Counted from the first letter of the stretch, positions 1 to 9,099 are shown. The stretch: 61,956 nucleotides of DNA from an uncultured Candidatus Saccharibacteria bacterium (GCA_964394985.1 CAYMZK010000001.1:1-61956), one strand, 5' to 3'. Notes: generated from the sequence alone by a model not told the origin. A program made the numbers and translations.

Positions 1-1
1 T

Positions 2-976
2 TCTCTGAAAGATTTAAGAAATAAAATGACTTCTTTGGGCTTGATTAGCCGAAACGGCAAAATTTTTACAATTTCCAATATCCAGATGTTTTTGAAAAAT
101 CCGTTTTACTACGGAGCTTTCTATTTCAACGCTGAACTGCACCAAGGAAGCCATAAACCAGCGATTGCAAAGAAACTTTTTGATAAATGCCAAGAAGTGA
201 TGGCGCAAAAAGCCCACAAAACCAAGCGAGGCCAAATAGAATACGCTTTCCGCTCGCTTTTGAAATGCGGGGAGTGCGGTTGTTCCATAACTTCCGAAAC
301 CCACAAAGGACACAATTATTACCGATGCACCAAAAAGAAAAATAACTGCTCGCAAAAATATACTCGCGAGGAACTTTTGGCCGAGCAGATTTCAAACATA
401 ATTCAAAAAGTTTCTTTGCCTTCGGCTTGGACCAAAAAGATGATTTCGGAACTGGACAAAGAAAAAGAGGGAAATGTCCAAGCCGAAATGACTTTCGCTC
501 AAAATCTCCGAACGCAAATTGCAGAACATGAGAAAACTTTGGATAAACTTTTAGACCTTCAATTATCGGGCACGATTTCCACCGAAGAATACGCCGCCAA
601 AAAACAAAAAATTCTCAATCAAAAAATTGAGATTTCCGAAAAATTGAAGGATTTTGAGCGAAAGGGCAATCGCTGGCTCGAACTTTGCCGAAACTTCATT
701 TTAACTGCTAATCAAGCCAAAATTGCCGCCTTGCAAGGAAATTTTTCTGAAAAGAAAAATTTCCTCAAAAGGATTGGCTCGAACCCGCTCCTTTTGGAGC
801 GGGAGGTTTTTGTAGAATACAAAAACCCTTGGAAATTGCTTGAAAATTCATTTGCCGACCTGCCCGCCGAATTGGCGGGAGCGAGGGGCCCCGCACAACA
901 GCAAGCTGTATGCGGGGTAAGCTCCGCCCCGAGCGAGGCGGGAAACGCAAACTTTACTAATTGGCTGCCGGACTAG
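2..976 (+). CDS. Large serine recombinase, C-terminal part (5' end lies off-window)
   Basis: The frame is open to the window edge. It shows the recombinase-domain motif LKNPFYYG, a zinc-ribbon (CGECGC...YYRCTKKKNNC) and then a coiled-coil segment. The last ~45 codons read through a GC-rich hairpin region and 15 nt into tRNA-Gln, so the true C-terminus is uncertain. Confidence 0.8.
   Translation, partial: SLKDLRNKMTSLGLISRNGKIFTISNIQMFLKNPFYYGAFYFNAELHQGSHKPAIAKKLFDKCQEVMAQKAHKTKRGQIEYAFRSLLKCGECGCSITSETHKGHNYYRCTKKKNNCSQKYTREELLAEQISNIIQKVSLPSAWTKKMISELDKEKEGNVQAEMTFAQNLRTQIAEHEKTLDKLLDLQLSGTISTEEYAAKKQKILNQKIEISEKLKDFERKGNRWLELCRNFILTANQAKIAALQGNFSEKKNFLKRIGSNPLLLEREVFVEYKNPWKLLENSFADLPAELAGARGPAQQQAVCGVSSAPSEAGNANFTNWLPD
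863..942. other. GC-rich cluster of three consecutive hairpins between the recombinase core and tRNA-Gln
   Basis: Hairpins are CCCGCC-GAATT-GGCGGG (863-879), CCCCGCA...ACAG-CAAG-CTGT...TGCGGGG (889-917) and CCGCC-N8-GGCGG (923-942). The segment is strikingly GC-rich against an AT-rich background. Confidence 0.5.
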
Positions 977-1035
977 GACTCGAACCTAGATTACTTGAGC
1001 CAGAATCAAGCGTCCTACCATTGAACGATCCGGCA
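962..1035 (-). tRNA. tRNA-Gln (anticodon CTG), CCA encoded
   Basis: Manual cloverleaf: acceptor TGCCGGA/TCCGGCA (U1-A72), D arm GTTC/GGAC, anticodon stem CTTGA/TCAAG with loop TTCTGGC, T arm CTAGG-TTCGAGT-CCTAG, discriminator G, then CCA. Confidence 0.9.
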
Positions 1036-1037
1036 AT

Positions 1038-1946
1038 CTATGCCTTTAAATACTTACGGATTGCTATATAACTAGATATTATACCCAATCCTACTCCAAC
1101 TGCAAGTTGAATTAAGAGAATTATCCAAATATTACTAACAAAAATATTAAAGATGCTAATACTTGAAGTAAAGCTTTTGATTTGAGAATCAAAAAGAAAA
1201 GAAATAAAGATGGTTAAGATAAAAGTTAAAATAGCTGAAATTACACCAATAATAGCTCCTTGGATAAGAAAAGGACCCCTGACAAAGTTATTAGAGGCTC
1301 CAACTAGTCTCATTACCGAAACTTCTTCCTTTGAGTTATAAATTGCTATTCTGGTTGTATTAAAAGCAATTAAAACAGCCATTACTGCTAAGATAATAGT
1401 TAAAAACAATCCGGCAGTATTAATGCTATTAGTCAAACCAAATATCTTATCAATCACTTCTTTTCTTTGATGATAATCTACTTTATCTATTATTTCCTGG
1501 AAAGAACCACTTTCTAGTAAGTTGGTAACTTGTTCATATTGTGAGGCTTCCCAAGCTTTAATATTTAAAGAAGATAAAAAGGGATTATACCCCAATTCGG
1601 TTAAAGACTCTACTAATAAAGGATCGTTTCGATGATCTTCAATAAAAGACTCTAGGGCTTGGTTTTTAGAAATATATTCCACTTCTTTTACCTCAGATAT
1701 TTTGGCAATCTCAGACTTAGCAGTATCAATTTCTTCTTCGCTAGCCTGATCGGCGAAATAGACAGAGATATCTACTTTATTCTCAATGTCTGAAACCATT
1801 TTTTGAGAAACAGAATTTAATAAAAAAAGAATAGTAATTAAGGATGTCACCATAGTCATAATTAGTAAGGTGGCGATACTTAATCCCTTGTTTCTTTTAA
1901 ACTCTTTCCAGCCTATTTTAATAATTCTTTTTATTGAATGACTCAT
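1038..1946 (-). CDS. ftsX: Cell division permease FtsX
   Basis: N-terminal TM, a large extracytoplasmic domain and three C-terminal TMs. It overlaps ftsE by 4 nt. Confidence 0.9.
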   Translation of the reverse strand: MSHSIKRIIKIGWKEFKRNKGLSIATLLIMTMVTSLITILFLLNSVSQKMVSDIENKVDISVYFADQASEEEIDTAKSEIAKISEVKEVEYISKNQALESFIEDHRNDPLLVESLTELGYNPFLSSLNIKAWEASQYEQVTNLLESGSFQEIIDKVDYHQRKEVIDKIFGLTNSINTAGLFLTIILAVMAVLIAFNTTRIAIYNSKEEVSVMRLVGASNNFVRGPFLIQGAIIGVISAILTFILTIFISFLFDSQIKSFTSSISIFNIFVSNIWIILLIQLAVGVGLGIISSYIAIRKYLKA

Positions 1947-2638
1947 AGTATAAATTTACCTTTTTTTTGATCACGAATAACCCTTCCTTGCTCTAGGGTT
2001 ATTACTCTTTTACCTAACTTGTTAATAATATTTTTATCATGAGTAGCCAAGACAATCGTCGTTCCCATTTTATATATCTTTGTTAATAGCTCAATAATTC
2101 CATGCGTATTATATGGATCTAAGTTGCCAGTCGGTTCATCGGCTAAAATAACGCTGGGACGATGAATTAGAGCTCGGGCGATGGCTACTCTTTGTTTTTC
2201 TCCTCCAGAAAGTTCGTTAGGAAAATTATTCTCTTTTCCTTCTAGTCCAACTAATCCCAATATTTGAAAAACATCTCTTTCTATTTCTTCTTGATCAGCT
2301 CCCATTATCTCCATAACATAAGCAATATTTTCAAAAGCAGTTTTAGAGTTAAAAAGCTTATAGTCTTGGAAAGCTACCCCAATCTTTCTTCTTAATTGAG
2401 GCAAAAGAGATCTTTTCATTTGATGAACATTTTGTCCATCAAAAAAGATTTCTCCTTTACTAGGAGATTCTTCGGCTAAAATTAGTTTAAGCAAGGTGCT
2501 TTTACCGGCTCCGGACTTTCCAACGATAGAAACAAATTCTTTTGAGCCAATCTCAAAAGTAACGTCTTCTAAGGCGCTACTATTCTTATATATTTTACTA
2601 ACATTATTTATTGATATCATGTTTAATTTCAGCTTCAA
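1943..2638 (-). CDS. ftsE: Cell division ATP-binding protein FtsE
   Basis: Walker A GKSGAGKST, ABC signature LSGGEKQR and Walker B ILADEPTGNLD. It lies upstream of ftsX. Confidence 0.9.
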   Translation of the reverse strand: MKLKLNMISINNVSKIYKNSSALEDVTFEIGSKEFVSIVGKSGAGKSTLLKLILAEESPSKGEIFFDGQNVHQMKRSLLPQLRRKIGVAFQDYKLFNSKTAFENIAYVMEIMGADQEEIERDVFQILGLVGLEGKENNFPNELSGGEKQRVAIARALIHRPSVILADEPTGNLDPYNTHGIIELLTKIYKMGTTIVLATHDKNIINKLGKRVITLEQGRVIRDQKKGKFIL

Positions 2639-3645
2639 TAAATTGATCTAGCTCTCCATCTAAAACTCGTTCTACGTTAGGAGTTTCTACTCCGGTTCTG
2701 GTGTCTTTTATTAATTTGTACGGATGTAAAACATAATTTCTAATTTGATTCCCCCAGCTAGCGCTGGTATTTCCTCCTTTAATTCTCTCTAGTTCGTCTT
2801 TGCTTTTAGCTTCTTTTAATTGATAAAGCTTAGAATAAAGAATTTCTAAGGCCTTCTGTTTATTCAACCCCTGTTGTCTTTCAGATTGTGAGCTAACAGT
2901 AATGCCAGTAGGTAAATGAATTATTCTAACCGCTGTTTCTCTTTTATTAACATTTTGTCCTCCCGGCCCAGAAGACCTAAAGGTTTCTACTCTTAAGCCT
3001 TCGTCTTTAATTTCTACTCCCTCTCCTTTCTTAATTTCTGGTAAGACCTCTATTAGGGCAAATGAAGTGTGTCTTAAATTTTTAGCGGAGAAAGGAGACT
3101 GGCGAACCAATCTATGAACTCCCGATTCTTTTTTTAAAATACCATAAGCATACCTTCCCTTAACCTCTAGTGTCGCTGATTTAGTCCCGATTCTTCCGTC
3201 TGGCCCTCCCCCTTCACCAAAAGACTGATCAATAATCTTTACTTTAAATCCTTTATTTATACAATACTTTTGAAACATCCTTAATAGCATCGTTGCCCAA
3301 TCTTGAGCATCTACTCCACCGGCTCCTGCGTATAGATCTATTATAGCATTATTTTTATCATACTTCCCAGAAAGATAAGTTTTAGTTTCTTCTTTTTCAA
3401 TCAATTTTAAGAGTTTTTCTATTTCTTCTTGATCTGGTAACTCTTTTAAGACTTCTAACCCTCCTTTAATATCTTCGATTATCTCTACTTCTTTAGTTAA
3501 ATCTGATATTTCTTGACCTAACTGCCAATCGTTTTCTGCTTCTAATTCTTTGATTTTCTTTTTCTTTTCTTCAATGTCAAAGACGGTCCATTAAATACTG
3601 AACTCTCTTTTCTAGATCTTCAATTTTTATTTCTTCTGAATCCAT
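2604..3645 (-). CDS. prfB: Peptide chain release factor 2, requiring a programmed +1 frameshift
   Basis: A short frame (ATG at 3645, MDSEEIKIEDLEKRVQYLMDRL) ends at an in-frame TGA inside CTT TGA C. The +1 frame continues as DIEEKKKKIKELEAENDW... into the 2604-3404 ORF, which carries SPF and GGQ (SSGPGGQNVNK). Confidence 0.93.
3576..3582 (-). promoter_or_regulatory. RF2 autoregulatory +1 frameshift site CTT TGA C
   Basis: The exact canonical heptamer is present, at codon 22-23 of prfB. Confidence 0.9.
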
Positions 3646-3726
3646 ATTTAACGGTTTTAATATCTTAAGTTTACCATAAAATTAAAAGAAATCAAAAAAC
3701 ATAAAGTAATTTATGTTTTTTAATCT

Positions 3727-4041
3727 TCAATAGTTTAATTTAATATTTAATTTTTCTGCTATTTCATGAAACCATTTTTCATGACGATCAATCTGGTTTT
3801 TAAATGACACATACTCTACCATTAAATCATCGATTGTCTTGACCAGTTTATCTATTGAATTAGTTAGTGCGTTAATTGAACCCTTGATTTCAGAAAATTC
3901 TTCTTTTACTTCTTGCTTAAAATTATCAAACTCTTCCAGCGTAGCTAGTTTTACAGACATATTAGCAAGATCCTGTTTAGTAACAGTGTTTTGAAATTTA
4001 TCGTCTAAATATTCAATTAATTCTGAAAAGTCTCCATTCAT
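3727..4041 (-). CDS. Hypothetical coiled-coil protein (104 aa)
   Basis: Clean ORF with heptad-like, acidic/lysine-rich composition. No family recognised. Confidence 0.6.
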   Translation of the reverse strand: MNGDFSELIEYLDDKFQNTVTKQDLANMSVKLATLEEFDNFKQEVKEEFSEIKGSINALTNSIDKLVKTIDDLMVEYVSFKNQIDRHEKWFHEIAEKLNIKLNY

Positions 4042-4085
4042 ATTTTAATTATACTCTTTTTAAAAAGTCTTTGTCAATAAAAAAG

Positions 4086-4157
4086 AGCCTATGGTCGGAC
4101 TTGAACCAACAACCTACCCCTTACGAAGGGGTTGCTCTGCCATTGAGCTACATAGGC
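4086..4157 (-). tRNA. tRNA-Thr (anticodon CGT), no encoded CCA
   Basis: Manual cloverleaf: GCCTATG/CATAGGC acceptor, GCTC/GAGC D stem, ACCCC-TTCGTAA-GGGGT anticodon arm, GTTGG-TTCAAGT-CCGAC T arm. Confidence 0.9.
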
Positions 4158-4165
4158 AAAATATG

Positions 4166-4236
4166 AGCGGGATACGAGAATTGAACTCGCGTCTTTTGCT
4201 TGGGAAGCAAATATAATACCACTATACTAATCCCGC
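4166..4236 (-). tRNA. tRNA-Gly (anticodon CCC), no encoded CCA
   Basis: Manual cloverleaf: GCGGGAT/ATCCCGC acceptor, TTTGC-TTCCCAA-GCAAA anticodon arm, GCGAG-TTCAATT-CTCGT T arm, discriminator T. Confidence 0.9.
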
Positions 4237-4607
4237 GTCCAAATACTTTTAATTTTGTCCCACCAACTTTTTTCTTCTTGGCTTTCTTCCCCTTTTTGAT
4301 TATCTTCTTTCTTTTGAACAACAACAACTTCTTCTCCTGGTTTTTTCATTTCTAGTTTTTCTCTAGCAACCATTTCAACATAATCTTGGCTTTCAATTTC
4401 TTCTTTCTTTTCTTTTATTTCTTGGTTTTTTTTCTCTAGCTGATTTATTTCTTCTTGCAAAGAAACAATTCGGTCTTTTAATTCACCTCTCCTTTTATTA
4501 ATCTTATAGTTGGTAGAAATAAAGAAAATAATAAAAAGAACCAAAACCAAAAGAATGATTATTAAAGAGAAATAACTTTTAAATTTTTTACTCTTTTTCT
4601 TTGCCAT
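4227..4607 (-). CDS. ftsB: Septum formation initiator family protein (FtsB/DivIC-like)
   Basis: N-terminal TM, a coiled coil, then the DYVEMVAREKLEMKKPGEEVV motif typical of FtsB/DivIC. The last 10 nt overlap tRNA-Gly. Confidence 0.8.
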   Translation of the reverse strand: MAKKKSKKFKSYFSLIIILLVLVLFIIFFISTNYKINKRRGELKDRIVSLQEEINQLEKKNQEIKEKKEEIESQDYVEMVAREKLEMKKPGEEVVVVQKKEDNQKGEESQEEKSWWDKIKSIWTRD

Positions 4608-4719
4608 GTTTTTTGCTATGATATTAGTATATGAAAAAGGGACTAAAAATAGTTTGGATTATCTTAATATCTTTAGTAGTTTTAAGCATGCTTTCATTAA
4701 CCCTAGCCCCACTACTATA

Positions 4720-6456
4720 TTAAGATTTAAAAACTTCTAAAAAGACCTTAGGGGGAATTCTGACTTTCCCCTTTTCTTTTAATAATTTCTTTCCTTTCTT
4801 TTGTTTTTCTAAAAGCTTTCTTTTTCTAGAATAATCACCGCCATAAAGATAGCCAGTAACATCTTTTCTTCTAGCTTTTAGAGTTTCTCTAGCAATAATT
4901 TTACCACCAATTACTGCTTGCAAGGCAACAGAAAATTGTTGTTGTGGAAGAGTTTCTTTTAATTTTTTAACCAGAGCGCGCCCTTCTACCAAAACCCTTT
5001 CTTTAGGAACAACTTTAGAGAAAGCTGGTTCTTTTTCTCCAGCGACTAAAATATCCATTTTTAATAGCTCGGCTGGACGAAACCCAATAAACTTATAGTT
5101 CATTGAAGCATAACCTTGACTAGTCCCTTTGATTTGATCATAAAGATTAACAATAATTTCTCTTAAAGGAACTTCGTAAACTAAAACTGATCTGTCAGAG
5201 CTGATATGGTTGGTTTTGATATACATTCCTCTCAAGTCCTTTAAGAGATCCATAATCCCTCCCATATATCTTGAAGGAGTAATGACTTCCAGTTCTACCC
5301 ATGGCTCTTGAGAATTATTAATTTGATCCGGCCAATCACTAGCCGAATAAATTAGTTGATCGTTTACTTTATAAACTACTGAAGGAGAAGAAATAATTAA
5401 TCCTATTTGATATTCTCTTTGAATTCTTTCAGAAATAATCTCTGCGTGTAAGGTTCCTAAAAATCCGCAACGAAAACCACGACCCAAAGATTCTTTAGTT
5501 TCTAATTCAAAAACTAAAGCCGGATCATTAAGCTTTAATTTAGCCAGGGCTTCTTTTAAAAGATCAAAATCATCTGGATTTTCTGGGTACAGACTGGCAT
5601 AAATCATTGGCTTTGCTTCTTTGTACCCGGGCAAAGGATCAACTTCTTTTAGAGCGATGGTGTCACCTACTCTAACTTTCCCTGGCTCTTTAATTCCAGT
5701 AGCAATGTAACCCATTTCTCCAGCGCTAAGAACTTGCTGAGAATCCATCTCTGGCCGGAAATAACCTAATTCTTTGATCTCTGAACTAATCTTCCCTACT
5801 ATTAATTTAATTTTATCTGTTTTTTTTATTTCTCCGTCAACTATTCTAACATAAGCTACCACTCCTTTATACGGATCATAAATAGAATCAAAAATTAGAG
5901 CTTTAGTTTCTTTTCTTTTAATGTCTGGCTCTGGTATTTTATTAACCACGGCCTCTAAAACCTCTTCAATATTAGTTCCATTTTTAGCGGATATTTTGAT
6001 AATCTCATCAGGATTAGTATCTAATAATTCGGACAATTCTAAAACTGCCTCATCTAAATTAACTTGGGGTAAGTCTATTTTATTTATCACTGGAATAATT
6101 ACTAACCCTTGCTCTTTAGCTAATTCCAAGTTAGCCAAAGTCTGAGCTTGAATGCCTTGACCGGCATCAACTAAAAGAATGGCTCCTTCAACAGCAGCTA
6201 AACTTCTTGAAACCTCATAAGAGAAGTCTACATGACCGGGAGTATCTATTAAATTTAAAACATAATCTTTATACTTCATTCTTACCGGTTGCATTTTAAT
6301 AGTTATCCCCTTTTCTCTTTCTAGCTCCATGCTATCTAGGTATTGAGGTTGCATTTTTCTAGAAGAAACACTTTTGGTAAAATCTAAAAATCGATCCGCT
6401 AAAGTGGACTTTCCATGATCTACGTGTGAAATAATAACAAAATTACGAATTTTCAT
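4720..6456 (-). CDS. lepA: Elongation factor 4 (LepA)
   Basis: G1 motif SHVDHGKST, DTPGHVDF, NKID, and a LepA C-terminal domain. The start is placed at MKIRNF (6456) rather than the ORF-track start at 6483. Confidence 0.93.
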   Translation of the reverse strand: MKIRNFVIISHVDHGKSTLADRFLDFTKSVSSRKMQPQYLDSMELEREKGITIKMQPVRMKYKDYVLNLIDTPGHVDFSYEVSRSLAAVEGAILLVDAGQGIQAQTLANLELAKEQGLVIIPVINKIDLPQVNLDEAVLELSELLDTNPDEIIKISAKNGTNIEEVLEAVVNKIPEPDIKRKETKALIFDSIYDPYKGVVAYVRIVDGEIKKTDKIKLIVGKISSEIKELGYFRPEMDSQQVLSAGEMGYIATGIKEPGKVRVGDTIALKEVDPLPGYKEAKPMIYASLYPENPDDFDLLKEALAKLKLNDPALVFELETKESLGRGFRCGFLGTLHAEIISERIQREYQIGLIISSPSVVYKVNDQLIYSASDWPDQINNSQEPWVELEVITPSRYMGGIMDLLKDLRGMYIKTNHISSDRSVLVYEVPLREIIVNLYDQIKGTSQGYASMNYKFIGFRPAELLKMDILVAGEKEPAFSKVVPKERVLVEGRALVKKLKETLPQQQFSVALQAVIGGKIIARETLKARRKDVTGYLYGGDYSRKRKLLEKQKKGKKLLKEKGKVRIPPKVFLEVFKS

Positions 6457-8059
6457 TATCTTTAATAATTGAAAGCATATCAAATTTTTTGATAGCTAGA
6501 TAATAGACTAATACTCCGGCAAAAGAACTTAGTAACAATTGAAGAAGAATTCCCAAAAAAGTTTGCATATCTACCAGGCCGGCAATAAGCTGACGAATAA
6601 AATAACTTACTAATAACAATAATACCGTAGAAGCTAAAATTTTCAAGGTTGGTTCTAGTAATTCTTTTAATATAAAGCCTTCAAACCTTTTTTCTAAAAA
6701 GATTAATAAAAGCAGTAATTGGATTATTCCTGAAACCGTTAAAGCTAAAGGAAGACCAATAACTAAAACTTGAGTTAGATTCTGAAGGTCTAAGATACCA
6801 GTAAACAAGGTTTTAAAGAGATTCTCAAAGCTCAACAACCAAACAAAGAAATAGGAAAGAAAGATGTTGATAGCGATAGAAACTAAAGTGATAGTTGCCG
6901 GAATTCTAGTATTTTGGAAAGCATAAAAAGTTTTTGAAATAAGCATAGAAAGTGAATAAGCAAAAACACCAAAAGCAAAAATTCCTAAACAAGCAGCTGT
7001 TAATTGAGTATCAACCCAACTGAATCTTCCTGTTCCTAAAACAACTCTAATAATTTGAACTCTTAAAAGAAAGATTAGGGCACTAATAGGAAGAACAAAG
7101 AAGAAGATTTTCTTAAACACGCTATAGAATTGCTGAAGAAGTTTGTCTTTTTCTTGTTTAGAGAAATAAACAGCCAAAAAAGGGAAAGCAGCCGTTGAGA
7201 AACTAACCGCGATTAAAGTAATGGGTAATTTCTGAAGATTATTTGCTAGACTAAAAACAGCAATGCTACCAACGCTCAAAGTAGAACCAATAGCTGTTAT
7301 CACAATCAAGTTTATTTGCCCGGCGGCTAGGCCGATTGCTCTAGGAATAGTTAATTTAAAAACTTTTAAAAACCCTGGCTCTTTAAAGTCAAAAGAAAAT
7401 TTTAACTTAAATCCTAAAGAGATTAAAATAGGAATTTGGATTAACAAATGAAGAAAGGCGCCAAAAACTACCCCCCAAGCTAATCCGCTTAATCCTAAAT
7501 AAGGAACAAAGAATAGTATTCCAAAAATTATTCCTAGATTATAAGTAATTGGCGCCAAAGAGGTAATTAAAAACCTTTTAAAAACCCTTAAAATCCCTGA
7601 AACTATATTACTAATCCCTAATAATATAGGACTCAAAAACATTATTCTGGTTAACAGTACCGTGGAGTCCTTTTGAGCGCCCTTAAACCCTGGAGCAATA
7701 ACTGAAATAATTTCTGGAACAAAAAAGATTAATCCTAAAGATATTAATATCAAACAAAGAAGAAATAAATTAACTAGATTAGAAAAAAACTTCCAAGCTT
7801 CTTTGTGAGAACGACTTAAGTATTCACTAAAAATAGGAATAATAGCGGCTGAAATAGCCCCCATTACCAAAACAGTAGAAATAAAATCCGGAATCCTAAA
7901 AGCAGTATAATAAACATCTAATTCGCTACCTACTCCAAAGGTTCCGGCTAATAATCGATCTCTAAATAATCCCAAAATTCCACTAACCAAAGAAGCAATA
8001 GCTAAAATTCCAGCTGCTGAAGTAATTGTTTTTGTTTTTGAATTTAAAACTCTATACAT
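6443..8059 (-). CDS. murJ: Lipid II flippase MurJ
   Basis: Polytopic MOP-family protein. The N-terminus (GILGLFRDRLLAGTFGVGSELDVYYTAFRIPDF) is typical of MurJ/MviN. Confidence 0.9.
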   Translation of the reverse strand: MYRVLNSKTKTITSAAGILAIASLVSGILGLFRDRLLAGTFGVGSELDVYYTAFRIPDFISTVLVMGAISAAIIPIFSEYLSRSHKEAWKFFSNLVNLFLLCLILISLGLIFFVPEIISVIAPGFKGAQKDSTVLLTRIMFLSPILLGISNIVSGILRVFKRFLITSLAPITYNLGIIFGILFFVPYLGLSGLAWGVVFGAFLHLLIQIPILISLGFKLKFSFDFKEPGFLKVFKLTIPRAIGLAAGQINLIVITAIGSTLSVGSIAVFSLANNLQKLPITLIAVSFSTAAFPFLAVYFSKQEKDKLLQQFYSVFKKIFFFVLPISALIFLLRVQIIRVVLGTGRFSWVDTQLTAACLGIFAFGVFAYSLSMLISKTFYAFQNTRIPATITLVSIAINIFLSYFFVWLLSFENLFKTLFTGILDLQNLTQVLVIGLPLALTVSGIIQLLLLLIFLEKRFEGFILKELLEPTLKILASTVLLLLVSYFIRQLIAGLVDMQTFLGILLQLLLSSFAGVLVYYLAIKKFDMLSIIKDNENS

Positions 8060-8258
8060 TTTTTAGAATAATTATTGGTGTCATTTGACTCCCCTGCCCA
8101 GCTGGATTATCTTTTAAATTATCTAAAATCATCTTTTTTTAGCTAAAACATCTTTACTAACTCCCAAAATTACTCTTCCTAAATCATCTTCTGGAGTTAT
8201 AAAATGAGTTTTAATTAATTCTCTTTCCATGAATCTATTCTACTACATCTTTAAGGTG

Positions 8259-8286
8259 TTGACAAATATTTTGTCTTTGCTATAAT
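8259..8286 (+). promoter_or_regulatory. Sigma-70-type promoter of rnpB (TTGACA-16 nt-TATAAT)
   Basis: Perfect -35 (8259-8264) and -10 (8281-8286) hexamers about 8 nt upstream of the P1 helix. Confidence 0.75.
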
Positions 8287-8293
8287 CCAACTT

Positions 8294-8588
8294 GTCTTAG
8301 CAAGATGAGTGATCATTCCGATTAATTTCGGGAAGGAAAGTCCGAACACTCATTCTCGGCTTAGCTGAGTCTAAACAGTAGCAGTATTTAACAAATCTGC
8401 CCTTCGATATTTATCGGAGAGAGGTGCGAACAGAGACGAGTCTCCATTAGGAGAGTGAAACGGCAAAATCCTTGCTTGGGTGCAAGAACAAACCAAAAAT
8501 CCGGGATACGACTCAGATTTTTGGAAAAAGTGGTTCGCTTAGATAGATGATCACATAAAAACAGAATTCGGCTTACTCTTGCTGAGAC
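8294..8588 (+). ncRNA. rnpB: RNase P RNA, bacterial type A, compact (~295 nt)
   Basis: Universal P4 strands GGAAGGAAAGTCCGAACAC and ACAGAATTCGGCTTA; GTGAAACGG; P2 pairing GTGATCA/TGATCAC; P1 pairing GTCTTAGCAAGA/TCTTGCTGAGAC. Confidence 0.9.
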
Positions 8589-8591
8589 AAC

Positions 8592-8635
8592 AAAAAGGAG
8601 GGCGCTATGACTTAGGCGACAGCCTCCTTTTTGTT
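8592..8635. terminator. Bidirectional intrinsic terminator between rnpB and rnhA
   Basis: AAAAAGGAGG...CCTCCTTTTT stem flanked by an A-run and a T-run, between convergent genes. Confidence 0.75.
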
Positions 8636-8646
8636 TACAAAAAAAT

Positions 8647-9099
8647 TTAAATAAGAGTTTGGTTTTTAGCTTTGCTATCCATGGCTTCATTAGCTAAGCG
8701 ATCAGCATCTTTGTTTTTCTCCCGAGGAATTTGCTTGAATTTAACTTTCAAAAAGTCTATTTTTAAATTCCAGATTTGTAAAAATAAAGGTTGGATATTT
8801 TCATTAACTATCTTGTATTCTCCATTTAATTGTTTAACTAACAGCTCAGAATCGCTTCTTACCTCTACTTCAGATCTTTTAGCTACCTCTTTACCAAAGA
8901 GGGACTTAAATTTCTTTAAAGCAAAAATAACAGCGTTATACTCTGCTTCATTATTAGTTAACTTATCTCCTAGATATTCAGCATATTCTTTAATAGTTTG
9001 GCCTTTTTGATTAGTGAAAACAACTCCAATCCCTGCTGAGCCAGGATTGCCACGAGAACCGCCATCAGTGTATATAGTTATCTTATTCATAGTAGTCAA
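8647..9099 (-). CDS. rnhA: Ribonuclease HI
   Basis: YTDGGSRGNPG, NNEAEY, SDSELLVKQL and KNKDADRLAN active-site context. Confidence 0.88.
   Translation of the reverse strand: MTTMNKITIYTDGGSRGNPGSAGIGVVFTNQKGQTIKEYAEYLGDKLTNNEAEYNAVIFALKKFKSLFGKEVAKRSEVEVRSDSELLVKQLNGEYKIVNENIQPLFLQIWNLKIDFLKVKFKQIPREKNKDADRLANEAMDSKAKNQTLI

Noticed and set aside
14-395. Minus-strand ORFs 14-355, 121-315, 126-395 and 765-950
   Set aside because: They are antisense to the serine recombinase reading frame, which has clear domain motifs. The 765-950 ORF is a product of the GC-rich hairpin block.
840-961. A second tRNA, a tRNA fragment or SRP RNA in the GC-rich block next to tRNA-Gln
   Set aside because: The three hairpins do not form a cloverleaf with an acceptor stem and there is no T-loop consensus. 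The block has no similarity to the adjacent tRNA-Gln and no SRP domain IV motif.
3576-3582. prfB interpreted as a pseudogene or as evidence for UGA recoding
   Set aside because: The interruption is exactly the conserved CTT TGA C autoregulatory site after ~22 codons, and the +1 frame is intact. This is the normal state of bacterial prfB.
8127-8230. 33-codon minus-strand ORF (MERELIKTHFITPEDDLGRVILGVSKDVLAKKR) between murJ and rnpB
   Set aside because: It resembles only the first ~30 residues of a larger enzyme family and stops at a TGA with no continuation in any frame. It is probably a gene remnant or chance ORF, and too short to support.
8388-8690. 100-aa minus-strand ORF
   Set aside because: It lies entirely antisense to or over the RNase P RNA and its terminator. 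Its Cys/Arg/Phe-rich composition is odd, and it is an artefact of a GC-richer RNA gene.
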